From Nitrosopumilus sp. (lineage in GTDB: Archaea > Thermoproteota > Nitrososphaeria > Nitrososphaerales > Nitrosopumilaceae): a stretch of 39,429 nt of DNA. The notes under the pieces are model-generated. The model was not told where the DNA came from and ran no database searches. It worked only from the letters and a program-made list of their open reading frames with translations. The stretch spans positions 1 through 39,429 of the forward strand of contig CBDCLR010000008.1 of assembly GCA_965218695.1 (NCBI GenBank). Direction: 5' to 3'. Of this stretch, positions 8,458-17,815 are shown in pieces. Each line of letters starts with the position of its first letter. The stretch's first letter is position 1. Made by a program: the position numbers and the translations under genes.

Positions 8458-8757
8458 GGTACTTCAACGGTACGGCTATTAAAAAACCAGCGGTTTTCCA
8501 TACTCTGGTAAATCTTCGGGTGTTTTCATCGGTTTCCGAGTCTGATCGGTTCTCCTGCAAACTCGGTTGATGGGCAAAATTGCCGTCCAAGCGGGCCGTT
8601 GTCTGCAGACGGCTTGATTTCATAGTGGATTGTTGCGGTCCGGACGCGCTTGTTCATCGTGGAGGTGGCTGCCGGCGCGTCAGGCTTTCTGCCTGGCAGG
8701 CATGTTCGGGTATGTCATCTCCAGAATTTGTGGTGTGGTGTCCTGCGCCGCCCGGCT

Positions 8758-9932
8758 CTATGCGGCAGACAGCGCGGCGTTGTGGATGAACGTGATCCAC
8801 TTGTCGCCTCTCTGTATGGTTATTCCGGCCACCTCGGCGGGCGTCCTTTTGCCGATGCCCAGGTGGGGGCGGAAGAAGTTGTGGTGCAGTGTCGACAGGC
8901 GCACCAGTGTGGGGTTCTCGGCCCCGAATCCCCTGACCGTCTTGAATCGGTCCTTGAACTCGCCGTTGAGCCTCTCGTGGGGATTGTTGTTATTGGACTG
9001 CTCTTTCATGTGGATCTCCCGGATGTGGATCAGCCTGAAGCCGGTCCTGCGCCGGAACGCCCCTCTTGCCGCGTCAATGAACGGCGGCAGGCCGTCGGTA
9101 ACGAATATCCAGGGTGGTGTCCCGGCAAGGGTCCTCGCGGCCGCAAACAGCTTGAGCGGATCGTAGCCGAACTTGGTGTCCGATATGCCGTGGGACAGTA
9201 TGAACTTGCTGCGGCCGTCCATCACCGTAAACAGGTAGTCTGCCTTCCCGCGAATCCTGAAGTATATCTCGTCGCAGTGCCACTTGTGTCCCGTCCGCGG
9301 ACCGATCCCCCTCGCGTAGCCTTCCATCATGGCGGAGTAGTGGCGGCCCACCTGTAGATGGTGCTCTCATGCACCGCCGTCCCCTCGTCTGCCAGCATGC
9401 CCTGCGCCGAGGCGCACGACAGGCCGCGGACAACCTCCCTCAGGACCCGCACTATGGTCTTCGGATCAGTGTGCCTTCCCTTGAACCCTGGTATGCCGGA
9501 AAAGCTGCGGCCGCAGTTCCTGCACAGGTACCGCTGTATCCAGCCGCGCAGGGTCCTTCGGTGCCCGTTCCGTACGAATTTCAGGGATCTGCAGTAGTGA
9601 CACTGTTCCGGCGGCTTCATGATTTTGATCGCCTTGCCGGCCATCTTCTTTGCCACGTCCCAGGACCTGGCGATAACGTGCTCCACGGCGGCGATGTGCC
9701 TGCAGAGGCCGGGGCTCTCTTGGAGCGAGCAGCTGCACCACATCCCCAGCGCATCGACGATCACGTGGTGCCACAGGAACGCGGAGGTGCCTGATCTTAC
9801 CCTCCAGCGCCTGTTGCTCTTCTTCCTTACCCTGCCCGGATCTTTCGAGAGGGTCCGTCCCTCCTCCATCATGACCGCGACGGCCTTGCGTTGTCCCGTT
9901 GTCTTGGTCTTTGATGCCGTAAATAAACCCAA
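8758..9932 (-). pseudogene. IS6-family transposase with N-terminal SWIM-like and Zn-ribbon domains, frameshifted near 9345
   Basis: CSC...CRH, CHYC/CRNC, HESTIYRW in ORF 9327..9932; WHCDEIY, VTDGL, NNPHERLNG in ORF 8758..9351. Confidence 0.88.
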
Positions 9933-9994
9933 TTGGATTTAGATAAAGATCCTGCGGCGCAGTCTTTTAAATACCGCGTCTACGAGCAAGAGAC

Positions 9995-10171
9995 ATGCCC
10001 TACTGGCCCAAGGACGCCAAGGAATTTACCGTGTCCATAACGCACAACAGGCAGCGCGGCACAAGCTACAGCTACATACCCAAGCCAATCCTGGTGAGGC
10101 TGAATAATCCAGCTGGCCTGAAATTCATCATCCACGGCAAAGATATTGTCGTGTGCAGGCCAGACGAATAG
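9995..10171 (+). CDS. 58-aa AbrB/SpoVT-like accessory protein of IS6 copy 1
   Basis: Hand translation MPYWPKDAKEFTVSITHNRQRGTSYSYIPKPILVRLNNPAGLKFIIHGKDIVVCRPDE*; TTTTAAATA box about 25 nt upstream; two further paralogues in the window. Confidence 0.8.
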   Translation: MPYWPKDAKEFTVSITHNRQRGTSYSYIPKPILVRLNNPAGLKFIIHGKDIVVCRPDE

Positions 10172-10235
10172 TACAGCATGTCCAGTCCGGATCGAATAGG
10201 GATCAGAATCCATCAACCGAGTTTGCAGGAGAACC

Positions 10236-11015
10236 CAAGGCCTATGTGCTGCACATAGACGAGACGTCGCTATCCCTCAACGGCAAACTGGTCTGGATCT
10301 GGATATTCTTCAATCCGGAGACCGGCGACGTGTATTACGCGATACGGCGCAGCAGGGGCGGCGACGTCCTCGCGGAGGTGCTGGGCGGGTCATGGGTGGG
10401 ACGAATCGTGTGCGACGGGCTGTCGCCATACAAGAAGTACAGGATACAGCGGTGCTGGGCGCACATCATAAACGAGATCAAGCACATCAAAGACGGGAAC
10501 CCGGGCTGTCCCGAGGCGCAGATAGTGCTGGACAGGCTCAGGGAGATACACAGGATTGAGCTAGAGGCGACCGGTTCCCTGCAGGAAAGGCGCCGTGTGC
10601 GCAACCTGTTGCGCAAGCGAGTGAAAAGGCTCATTGATGCATACGGGGACATCCCGGCACTCCATGATTTCTTGGTGAAAAAGCTGCACAATGCGGAACC
10701 GAACCTGTTCCTGTACGTCCTTGATCCGCGCGTTGACTCGACAAACAATGCGGCCGAGAGGAGACTGCGCGAGCCGGTAGTCCACAGGAAGATACGCGGA
10801 GCCATCCGGTCGGCGGCCTCGATGGAATGGTGGGGGAACTTGTTTACCTGCGTCATGACCTGGAGGATGCGGAAGATGGATGTCTACGAAGAACTGGCAA
10901 AATGCGTCTAAGCACGTCATCACACAACCGGACTCTCAAGCCCACAGGACAGGGTAAGCCGGTCAGAAATGCCCCTTTGGGCGTCAAAACGTGCCTAGAT
11001 GTGGTGAACACTTAC
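10236..11015 (+). mobile_element. 5'-truncated IS66 element (C-terminal transposase half, stop at 10911)
   Basis: KAYVLHIDET...TNNAAERRLR paralogous to 2971..4398; terminal ATGTGGTGAACACTTAC at 11015; begins exactly at the IS6 end. Confidence 0.88.
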
Positions 11016-11412
11016 GCTTGGAGAGCCTCTTTCTCTCCTCCTCAGGGCACGCCTTCTCCATTTTTGTGAGCAACAAATCAAACTCTTGAAGAGACATGTC
11101 CATCAGCATCCTGAACCTTCTGGCATTACTTGCTAGTTTGTCGAATCCTAACATGATCTATGACTGATAGTGACAGTATTTGATCCTGCTGGCATCATCC
11201 GGCCACCCAACTGCGGCGAATCGGCTAATTGTGAATCACATCTCTGGAATGACCGGCCTGCGGCATCCGCTACTTGATCCGGCGGCCACCTGCGCGGCTA
11301 CGCCGGTCAACCAGCCTCTGGAACCATCAAGATCAGGTGCCTAATTTCTCTTTTTTGGATAAGGCCCATATCTGCATAACATTTAATATCTAATCAGCAG
11401 ATTTTATTAGTA

Positions 11413-11577
11413 TTGGCTTGTAAGAACGGCGAACACGCAGAGCGGCAGACCACTCGGTTTGGCCTTATGTGCACTTTATGTGGACATGCGTTGGTATGCG
11501 CAAAGGAGCATGAATTCGTGAAGAAGCATCTCAACCTCATTGCCTGCATTCATTGTGGATACGAGAATCCATCATGA
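11413..11577 (+). CDS. 54-aa double zinc-finger microprotein
   Basis: TTG start; MACKNGEHAERQTTRFGLMCTLCGHALVCAKEHEFVKKHLNLIACIHCGYENPS*; two Cx3-4H...CxxCG units; TTTAATAT at 11382-11389. Confidence 0.65.
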   Translation: MACKNGEHAERQTTRFGLMCTLCGHALVCAKEHEFVKKHLNLIACIHCGYENPS

Positions 11578-11605
11578 ATCCTCTCAGCTGATAGTTGGTA
11601 AACAA

Positions 11606-11890
11606 TTACTTGCCATTTGTGTACTTGCGAGCCACGCCCAAGCCAACTATGGCTCCCAGAATAACCGTTGCAAGTATAAGTGAAAACTGTGCAAGGCTTA
11701 AAACCATAGTATCTATGCATTCTGACCAATTATCGGTCACAAGTACATCCATACAACTAAAATACCATTGAACAGCGATAGATGAGCCTATGGTATACCA
11801 CCGAATATAATTTCGTGAGCAACTGCTAGATTTTCTGCAGACCCGAAGACAAGATTGTCGAATTTCTCCCAACTTGGTTGTCATTGTCAT
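11606..11890 (-). CDS. Hypothetical small membrane protein
   Basis: C-terminal hydrophobic helix (FSLILATVILGAIVGLGVA) followed by RK; start uncertain. Confidence 0.4.
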   Translation of the reverse strand: MTMTTKLGEIRQSCLRVCRKSSSCSRNYIRWYTIGSSIAVQWYFSCMDVLVTDNWSECIDTMVLSLAQFSLILATVILGAIVGLGVARKYTNGK

Positions 11891-11993
11891 CGCAAAATAC
11901 GGGTTCGTTCAGATCCATGAAGGGTCGGGTTACGGCTGTTTACCATTTCCTGACCTGTGTGCGCACGATCCCCTGTGCGCCTGCAGGCGCAGC

Positions 11994-12988
11994 CTATGCT
12001 TTTCTGTAGAGGTACCTTTCGATGTCAAGTTTTGGCAGGGACGACCTCAGCCAGTTGTCGATGTCGCCGCACATGGAGCTGAACCGGACGTACGGCACGT
12101 CCAGTATCGCGTGCTTCATCTGGCGCCACACCTCCTCAATCGCGTTGAGGTCGGGACAGCCGGGCGGCAGAAATTGCAGCTCCACGCCGTCTAGGCGCCC
12201 GATCTCCTCTCTGACGAATTTCGACCTGTGCTGCGGCGCGCCGTCTGTGATCATCAGGATCTTCCCGAACCTTTCGCATGCGGCCTTTAGGAACTCGACA
12301 AACTCCTTCCCGGTAAAGGAGCCGTATCTCTGAAAGAACCCCTCCCCGTCCAGCGTGATCAGGCCGAACACGATGGTCTTGGAGTGCGATCCCGTGTACG
12401 TGTAGACGCCGCGGACCCCTTTGGGCGTGTAGGCGCCCTTCCGGAGCCGCGCGTCGGCTACGCATATCGCCTCGTCTTGCACGCATACGGTGTAGCCGGC
12501 CCTCATCTTCTCCTCTATCAGCGGCCCCAGCTTCTTGCGGAACCACGCGATCTTCTGCCTGCTTGCTCTCTTCACGTGCCGTCCCATCGGAACCTTTCTG
12601 GTGAATCCCCAGCTGCGCAGCAGGAAGCGCGCATACGGTATCGTATACTCCGTCATGTACTCTATGCCGGAACTGTCGCGAATGATGTCGCGCAGGTCTT
12701 CTGCCGTCAGGTAGACTGTCTTTTTTACTTTTTTTTAACGGCCTTCAGGGTCTCGCCTGAGATCCTCGGTGGGCGGCCTGAGCGGGTGCGGGTCTGCAGG
12801 CCTGCAATGCCCTCCTTCAGGTACCGGTTGTGCCACTTGACGCCCCATGACGGGGCCATGCCCAGAAGGCGCGCGGCCCCGGTCACGCTCATCCCGTCTC
12901 TTTTCACCAGTACGTTCAGCAATATCCTGTCCCGCACCTGCGGATCCTTCTCAATCTTGCGAATCTTGAGCATCTGCTTGTATTTCAT
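11994..12988 (-). mobile_element. IS630-family transposase in two frames, joined by a probable -1 frameshift
   Basis: HTH ORF 12725..12988 ends GTT AAA AAA AAG TAA; the -1 frame is open into 11994..12656 (QDEA, TDGAPQH, PDLNAIEEVW). Element ends not identified. Confidence 0.88.
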
Positions 12989-13322
12989 GGTCTGCCTGGG
13001 CTGTTCTGATCAATGAACTTTTCGCTGCAAGACAAGCCTTGTTCAAATCAGATGGCCGATTCCTGGCTTCCCACTGCTGTGATCTCGCACTTTTATTCGG
13101 CGGTATAGGTGTTCATTGTATGGGTTTCATCACAAGAATCCAAAAGAATTTTCACGCGCCTTGTTCAGAATTATTTAGTGTATTTCAAATTTTTTCTGTA
13201 CTGGCAGACTTTCCTTAATCAGTGTGTTCTCTTCATATGAACCTAGAAAAAACACCCAAGTCACATTAATACAAAAGAATTAATAACATCGTCACTCGCA
13301 TTTTTGGGTGAATCGATTTTTA

Positions 13323-14312
13323 TTAAAATTTCAATCTATATGTCTTTATTTGTAGATCTTGAGAAATAGCTCTCAGAATTTTAGAAAATTTTTCAAGGTC
13401 AATTATCAGTTTTCCCAGCGTCGTAATCTTGTTTCCCTCAATCGTGCATCCCAACCTGATTCGCATTTTTCCGGGAAGGGCAATCGAATAACCACTATCC
13501 GAAATTTCCATCAATTGCATTGTGGGAGAAATTTCCTTCACAAAAAAATTTTCAGCGGGCTCTGTTGATATCGAGCTTGCCAAAAAGTCCATCTTGCTGT
13601 CGCTTTCAAATGCGAGAAAGCACTCTGCCATAATCCCTAGAAACTTTATTGCTTCGGCATTTCCACTACTAACCAATCTCGCCGCCCGAATAATTTTTTT
13701 GGCCTGTTTTTTAGGAATCTGATTCATTATTGTTTTCGGATCCACTGTAAGCGTAAACGTGAAATCTATATCGCGCACTGTGTACTGATCAAACACTTTA
13801 CTCCATAAATCCGCGTAATCTAAAGCTACTTCAATTCGCGTCTCTATTTGTTTATCGCCTATATGCTGCGCAGTTTTTTCTATTCTTCTTGATAGCAGTA
13901 TATCTTTTAGTGGCTCCTGCATTCTTGCACGAATTTTAATGAATATCAAATTCGATTGAACCTTGAGTGGCAGCTTGGCAAAATCTACGGTTGCGGTGTT
14001 TTCGGAACGTGAAATTATTCCCAGTTCTACTAGGTCCTCATTTTTAGGAAGACCGTAACCATGAACTTCTATGACATTTTCAAACGTGACAGGGTTTTTT
14101 GCCACATTTTTAATTTTGTGCAGAGTTTTATCTAAACCGGAGAGCCCTTCACCCAGCGAAATTAAAAAGGCAAATTCAAGCTCCTCGTCATGATGATAAA
14201 ATGTTAAGCCTTTGTGAATAATGACTTTTGAATCACTCAGTTGCCGAATTTCGTTGTATGCTACTTTGCCCAGAGTACCGAGTAACGAGATTGAAGCCGG
14301 ATCAATCGTCAC
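13323..14312 (-). CDS. Hypothetical protein (329 aa), second gene of a low-GC operon
   Basis: Long ORF in AT-rich DNA, 3 nt downstream of 14316..15092; no motif recognised. Confidence 0.8.
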   Translation of the reverse strand: MTIDPASISLLGTLGKVAYNEIRQLSDSKVIIHKGLTFYHHDEELEFAFLISLGEGLSGLDKTLHKIKNVAKNPVTFENVIEVHGYGLPKNEDLVELGIISRSENTATVDFAKLPLKVQSNLIFIKIRARMQEPLKDILLSRRIEKTAQHIGDKQIETRIEVALDYADLWSKVFDQYTVRDIDFTFTLTVDPKTIMNQIPKKQAKKIIRAARLVSSGNAEAIKFLGIMAECFLAFESDSKMDFLASSISTEPAENFFVKEISPTMQLMEISDSGYSIALPGKMRIRLGCTIEGNKITTLGKLIIDLEKFSKILRAISQDLQIKTYRLKF

Positions 14313-14315
14313 AGC

Positions 14316-15092
14316 TTATGACACAACTGGATTCAATACGATGGTTGGCTGTCCTCGCAAATCTGAGGCGATAGGAACTTGCAACTCTTCTCTTTGTGGT
14401 AGATGAATTTGAATTTCGACCGATTGTGATTCATATTCGTTGCCGATTGCGTCTTTGTATTTGAAGCCCATGGCGACTACACAGCTTCCGGAACCATTTA
14501 TCACAAACTGTGGAATCATTTGTTCTGAAGAAAATACAAACAATGCATTTGCAATCTTTTCTTTTATCAACTCTATTTTTATTGTCATTTCTTGTGTGTT
14601 CGTGAATTCAACGAAGGGCTGTGGATCGAGTATGACTGCCCTTCCTTTGTTTGAAAGCTTGAATTTTATCGGAGGGATTGTTCTTACCACATCGGATAAC
14701 ATTATCCGATTACATCCCTCATCAATCGTAACGATTGGCCTGATCAGGTCAGTTGTCAGTGAAACTGTGCTCATAGATTCCCCGCGATTCATAAAATCTA
14801 CTTCAAAACAAAGTCTCCGTTCGGATTCTGGAATCAGTGTATAAACACATGAAAATCCTACAAATCCTTGTATCTGTAGCATGTCTCTATCTATAATTGC
14901 CTTCCCACGCATGATTTCTTTTTGGTCAAATACCGCTGCATCGACGTTGAGAATTCTTACAAACTTCAGGTCTGCCTCCGATTTGATCACTATCTGATCA
15001 AAGTCTATGGAATCATCCCATCTTATCCATGAAAGAATCTCTTCGTTTGGCAAGGCCCATCTTGAGATGTGCTTTTCTAGGATCCGTACCAA
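14316..15092 (-). CDS. Hypothetical beta-rich protein (258 aa), possibly tandem Ig-like folds
   Basis: Long ORF in AT-rich DNA; alternating hydrophobic strands (KFKLSNKG, FKYKDAIGNEY); AT-rich box at ~15117-15128 upstream of the TTG. Confidence 0.8.
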   Translation of the reverse strand: MVRILEKHISRWALPNEEILSWIRWDDSIDFDQIVIKSEADLKFVRILNVDAAVFDQKEIMRGKAIIDRDMLQIQGFVGFSCVYTLIPESERRLCFEVDFMNRGESMSTVSLTTDLIRPIVTIDEGCNRIMLSDVVRTIPPIKFKLSNKGRAVILDPQPFVEFTNTQEMTIKIELIKEKIANALFVFSSEQMIPQFVINGSGSCVVAMGFKYKDAIGNEYESQSVEIQIHLPQREELQVPIASDLRGQPTIVLNPVVS

Positions 15093-15138
15093 TGTTGTCT
15101 ATCCACGCCTAGCCACTTATTAATATTTACCAATGTTT

Positions 15139-16256
15139 TAGTTTGTTGCACAATTCTCGCGAGTTATGCATGTGCGAGTCCTGTCTGCCTTGCGTTACAC
15201 TGCTCCGGCCCCCATGCCCACCAGCTTGTTGTACGTGGCAACCTTGATCCTGGCCTCTTGCACCATGTTCTTCCACTTTAGCGAGTACGGGTGCTCGCCG
15301 AAGATCCTCTTGAAAGCCGAGAACACGATCTCCACCAGCCACCTCCTGCCGTATTTGACCCTCTTCTTCCACTCTTCCTTGGCGCGCCCCTTCTCTTCGT
15401 CCGTCATCTTCCACACCTGGCTGCTGGTAGATCCCCCGAGCTGGTCCCGGACGGCGACGCCTCAGGCGTCGCTGATCCCCTTGCCGCGCGCAGTGGAGCT
15501 TGCCTTGAGCTTGATGCGCGGTTCCACGCCGCGGCCCCTGCACGCCGGCACGTTCTTCCTAGAAGCGTAGGCGGCGTCCCCGTACAGGTAGGGGGCAACG
15601 CCAGGGGCCGGATCCGGATCGCCGCCTTCCCGGCCCGCAGCATCTCGTCAAGCAGCGGTATGAGCGTCGGCGAGTCGCCGGTACGATCGTCGGTTATCTG
15701 GAAGGCCAACATCCTCTTGGTATCCGTGTCCGCCAGAACGTGGAGCTTGACGAATCCCCTCCCGGTCTTTCACTTTTGGCGTATCCATCCCCGCGGTTGT
15801 GCTGCTTGGGCTCGGTGGAGTCGACTGCGAGGCTGACCGGCATGGCGCCATTGCCTGTGACCGTGAACACGTTTCCTTCCCTCTTGACGTCCAGCGACTG
15901 GAGCATCCTGAATATGGTGGTGTAGCAGAGAGCGTCCCCGTCTGCAAGCGTCATCATCAGCATCCCCTGCAGGTGCCTGTACGGCAGGCCGGTGATCGAT
16001 TTTACCACGGCCAGGGCCGCAAACAGCGACTCGGCGTACAGGAACGGTGCCCCCACCTTGTGCCGGTTGGCGGCCGCTACCTCCCTGTCCGTTTGGGGAT
16101 CGTCCTGTATGACCAGCACCTGGCCGCGCTTGACGTATTTCTCGTTGTCGGTAGGCAACCCGCCACCCTGGGATCCACTGATCTATAGCTTTTTCGGTTC
16201 TGGATGCGGACGGGTCACCCCGTGGAAAATCCTAGGCAGGATTGTGCAACAGACTA
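15139..16256 (-). mobile_element. IS5-family (IS903-like) element with multiply frameshifted transposase
   Basis: TIR TAGTTTGTTGCACAATTCT and reverse-complement TAGTCTGTTGCACAATCCT; fragments NEKYVKRGQ, LPYRHLQG, LAVDST, YGRRWLVEIVFSAFKR. Confidence 0.85.
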
Positions 16257-16417
16257 GATATATCGGGGCTGGTAAGTTAGCGGCGCCTGGTTGTGGGTGG
16301 AAAGTTGGGCGCCTAGCCAGATTCCGTAAAGACTAGCTGACATGGGCTAGTTATGACCTGTAGCTGCCATGACCTGTTTCCGAGTCTGTAAAGACTTAGT
16401 GATCTACCGGATCTGGC

Positions 16418-16548
16418 AAGTCTACGTGACCTAGATCTGGGTGGAAAGCGCTGACCTGGATGCCTGAAGAGGGGCCTGTTAACCCTCTAGGGTTCTGATA
16501 AGTCTACGTGACCTGAATCGGGGTGGAAAGCGCGTGACCTGGATGCCT
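16418..16548. repeat. Two imperfect ~48-bp direct repeats separated by 34 bp
   Basis: AAGTCTACGTGACCT...GGGTGGAAAGCGC(G)TGACCTGGATGCCT at 16418-16465 and 16500-16548. Confidence 0.8.
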
Positions 16549-16626
16549 AACTATCTGGTCGCACACCCCGAAGTTGAAGCAATCTGCCAGCGTTCTGGCA
16601 TCCAGCCCGTAGCAGGAAGCAGTCCA

Positions 16627-17484
16627 CTATCGTGAGGCGGGCCTTGTCCTTACGTACATGTTTGATCTCGTCTCAAACTCCCTCGGATACCACTCGATGA
16701 GCGACTGCAAACTGCTGTGCCAGTAGGTGTGGTACTCGAAGGCAGGCTCAGCATTTTTGAGGTTGGCGCCCACCTCCGACATCAACACCCAACCGTCTTG
16801 CTGCGGTGGTGACGAATTGATGGCATCCATGATTTTGGCCACCGCCTCAATGTCGTCCTTTCTGTAGATGCGTCCTGCGAGTCTGTCCTGCTGGGACAGT
16901 ACTTCGATATCCGTGAAAGGATCGCACTCATCCTGGAAAGATGCCGGCGTGTCAGACCTGCCCATTCCCACCACAAGCATGCCGTCATCGCGGAGACGTT
17001 TGGCTAGGCCCGCATAGTCACTGTCGCTGGCGGCTATGCAAAAGCCGTTGATGTCCTCTCTGGTATGAAGTATATCCATGGCGCCGACGGCTAGGGCTAT
17101 GTCCGTAGAATTTCTGCCATCGGTATAGTTGCGCACCGACTCTATCGCATGGGATTGGAGGCATTTCTTCCAGTCGTGCAGCTTTGTTGGATTGCCGTAG
17201 GCACGGCAGATGGCCACGGTGCCGTGCGTGACGGCCTCCTCCAGCACGAATCCCATCAGCGGCATATCTACGTTTTCTATATCGATCAACACAGCCAGCG
17301 AGCGATTCGGAACCAACGATACGGCAGACACCAACCATCTATTAGATTGTTGTCTTTGGCGGGGTTGGTCAGTTACCAGCTCTTGACGGAGGGTGGAAAG
17401 TCGGGCGCCTGAAGCGGTAAGTACCGGACGTTTGCTACCAGACTTCCCAATGGAAACAGCCCCGATGACTTTTTGGAATCGCAT
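16627..17484 (-). CDS. NYN (LabA/DUF88) domain protein with C-terminal OST-HTH/LOTUS domain
   Basis: LIDIENV, RAYGN, NSTDIALAVGAMD, ASDSDY, VVGMG; GWVLMSEVG...SLQSLI. True start probably ~17330. Confidence 0.9.
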   Translation of the reverse strand: MRFQKVIGAVSIGKSGSKRPVLTASGARLSTLRQELVTDQPRQRQQSNRWLVSAVSLVPNRSLAVLIDIENVDMPLMGFVLEEAVTHGTVAICRAYGNPTKLHDWKKCLQSHAIESVRNYTDGRNSTDIALAVGAMDILHTREDINGFCIAASDSDYAGLAKRLRDDGMLVVGMGRSDTPASFQDECDPFTDIEVLSQQDRLAGRIYRKDDIEAVAKIMDAINSSPPQQDGWVLMSEVGANLKNAEPAFEYHTYWHSSLQSLIEWYPREFETRSNMYVRTRPASR

Positions 17485-17815
17485 CCAGCTAACCCAGAAG
17501 TGATTTGAGTCCAGCAGTATCTGGTGTGTGCTAGTTCGTCCTAGCTGTGTGGCGTTCCGCGAAATGCTGCTCCGTGCACGTAAAAGGACCAGTCGAGACT
17601 ACCAGGGCTGCCAGAACTGTCTGCAGTGCCGTCCGGGGCCACGATCGTGCGGCAGGTTGGCTGCCCTAGACGGGACGATTCGGCATTCAGGAGTGACACA
17701 TGCGCGGCCGCTGCAGTCCTGAGGGCTCAGATGGTATCGTGTGTAACGGAACGGAACTGATCAGGACGGCAGACTGTCCGGCGGAGGGCGCGGACAAATC
17801 CCGTCCGCGAACATC

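Larger units (their letters stand above)
8548..10235 (-). mobile_element. IS6-family element, copy 1 (transposase plus divergent accessory gene)
   Basis: 26-bp perfect TIR GGTTCTCCTGCAAACTCGGTTGATGG...CCATCAACCGAGTTTGCAGGAGAACC; no flanking duplication seen. Confidence 0.9.

Noticed and set aside
10153-10235. N-terminus of the 252-aa ORF
   Set aside because: Read-through from the IS6 terminus into a truncated IS66 transposase; not a native start.
11250-11310. GC-rich hairpin TGACCGGC...GCCGGTCA
   Set aside because: An 8-bp stem in a single copy; no tRNA or ncRNA features recognisable.
16418-16548. CRISPR or TIGR-like array
   Set aside because: Only two imperfect units, irregular spacing of sub-motifs, and no cas or Nop-domain gene in the window.
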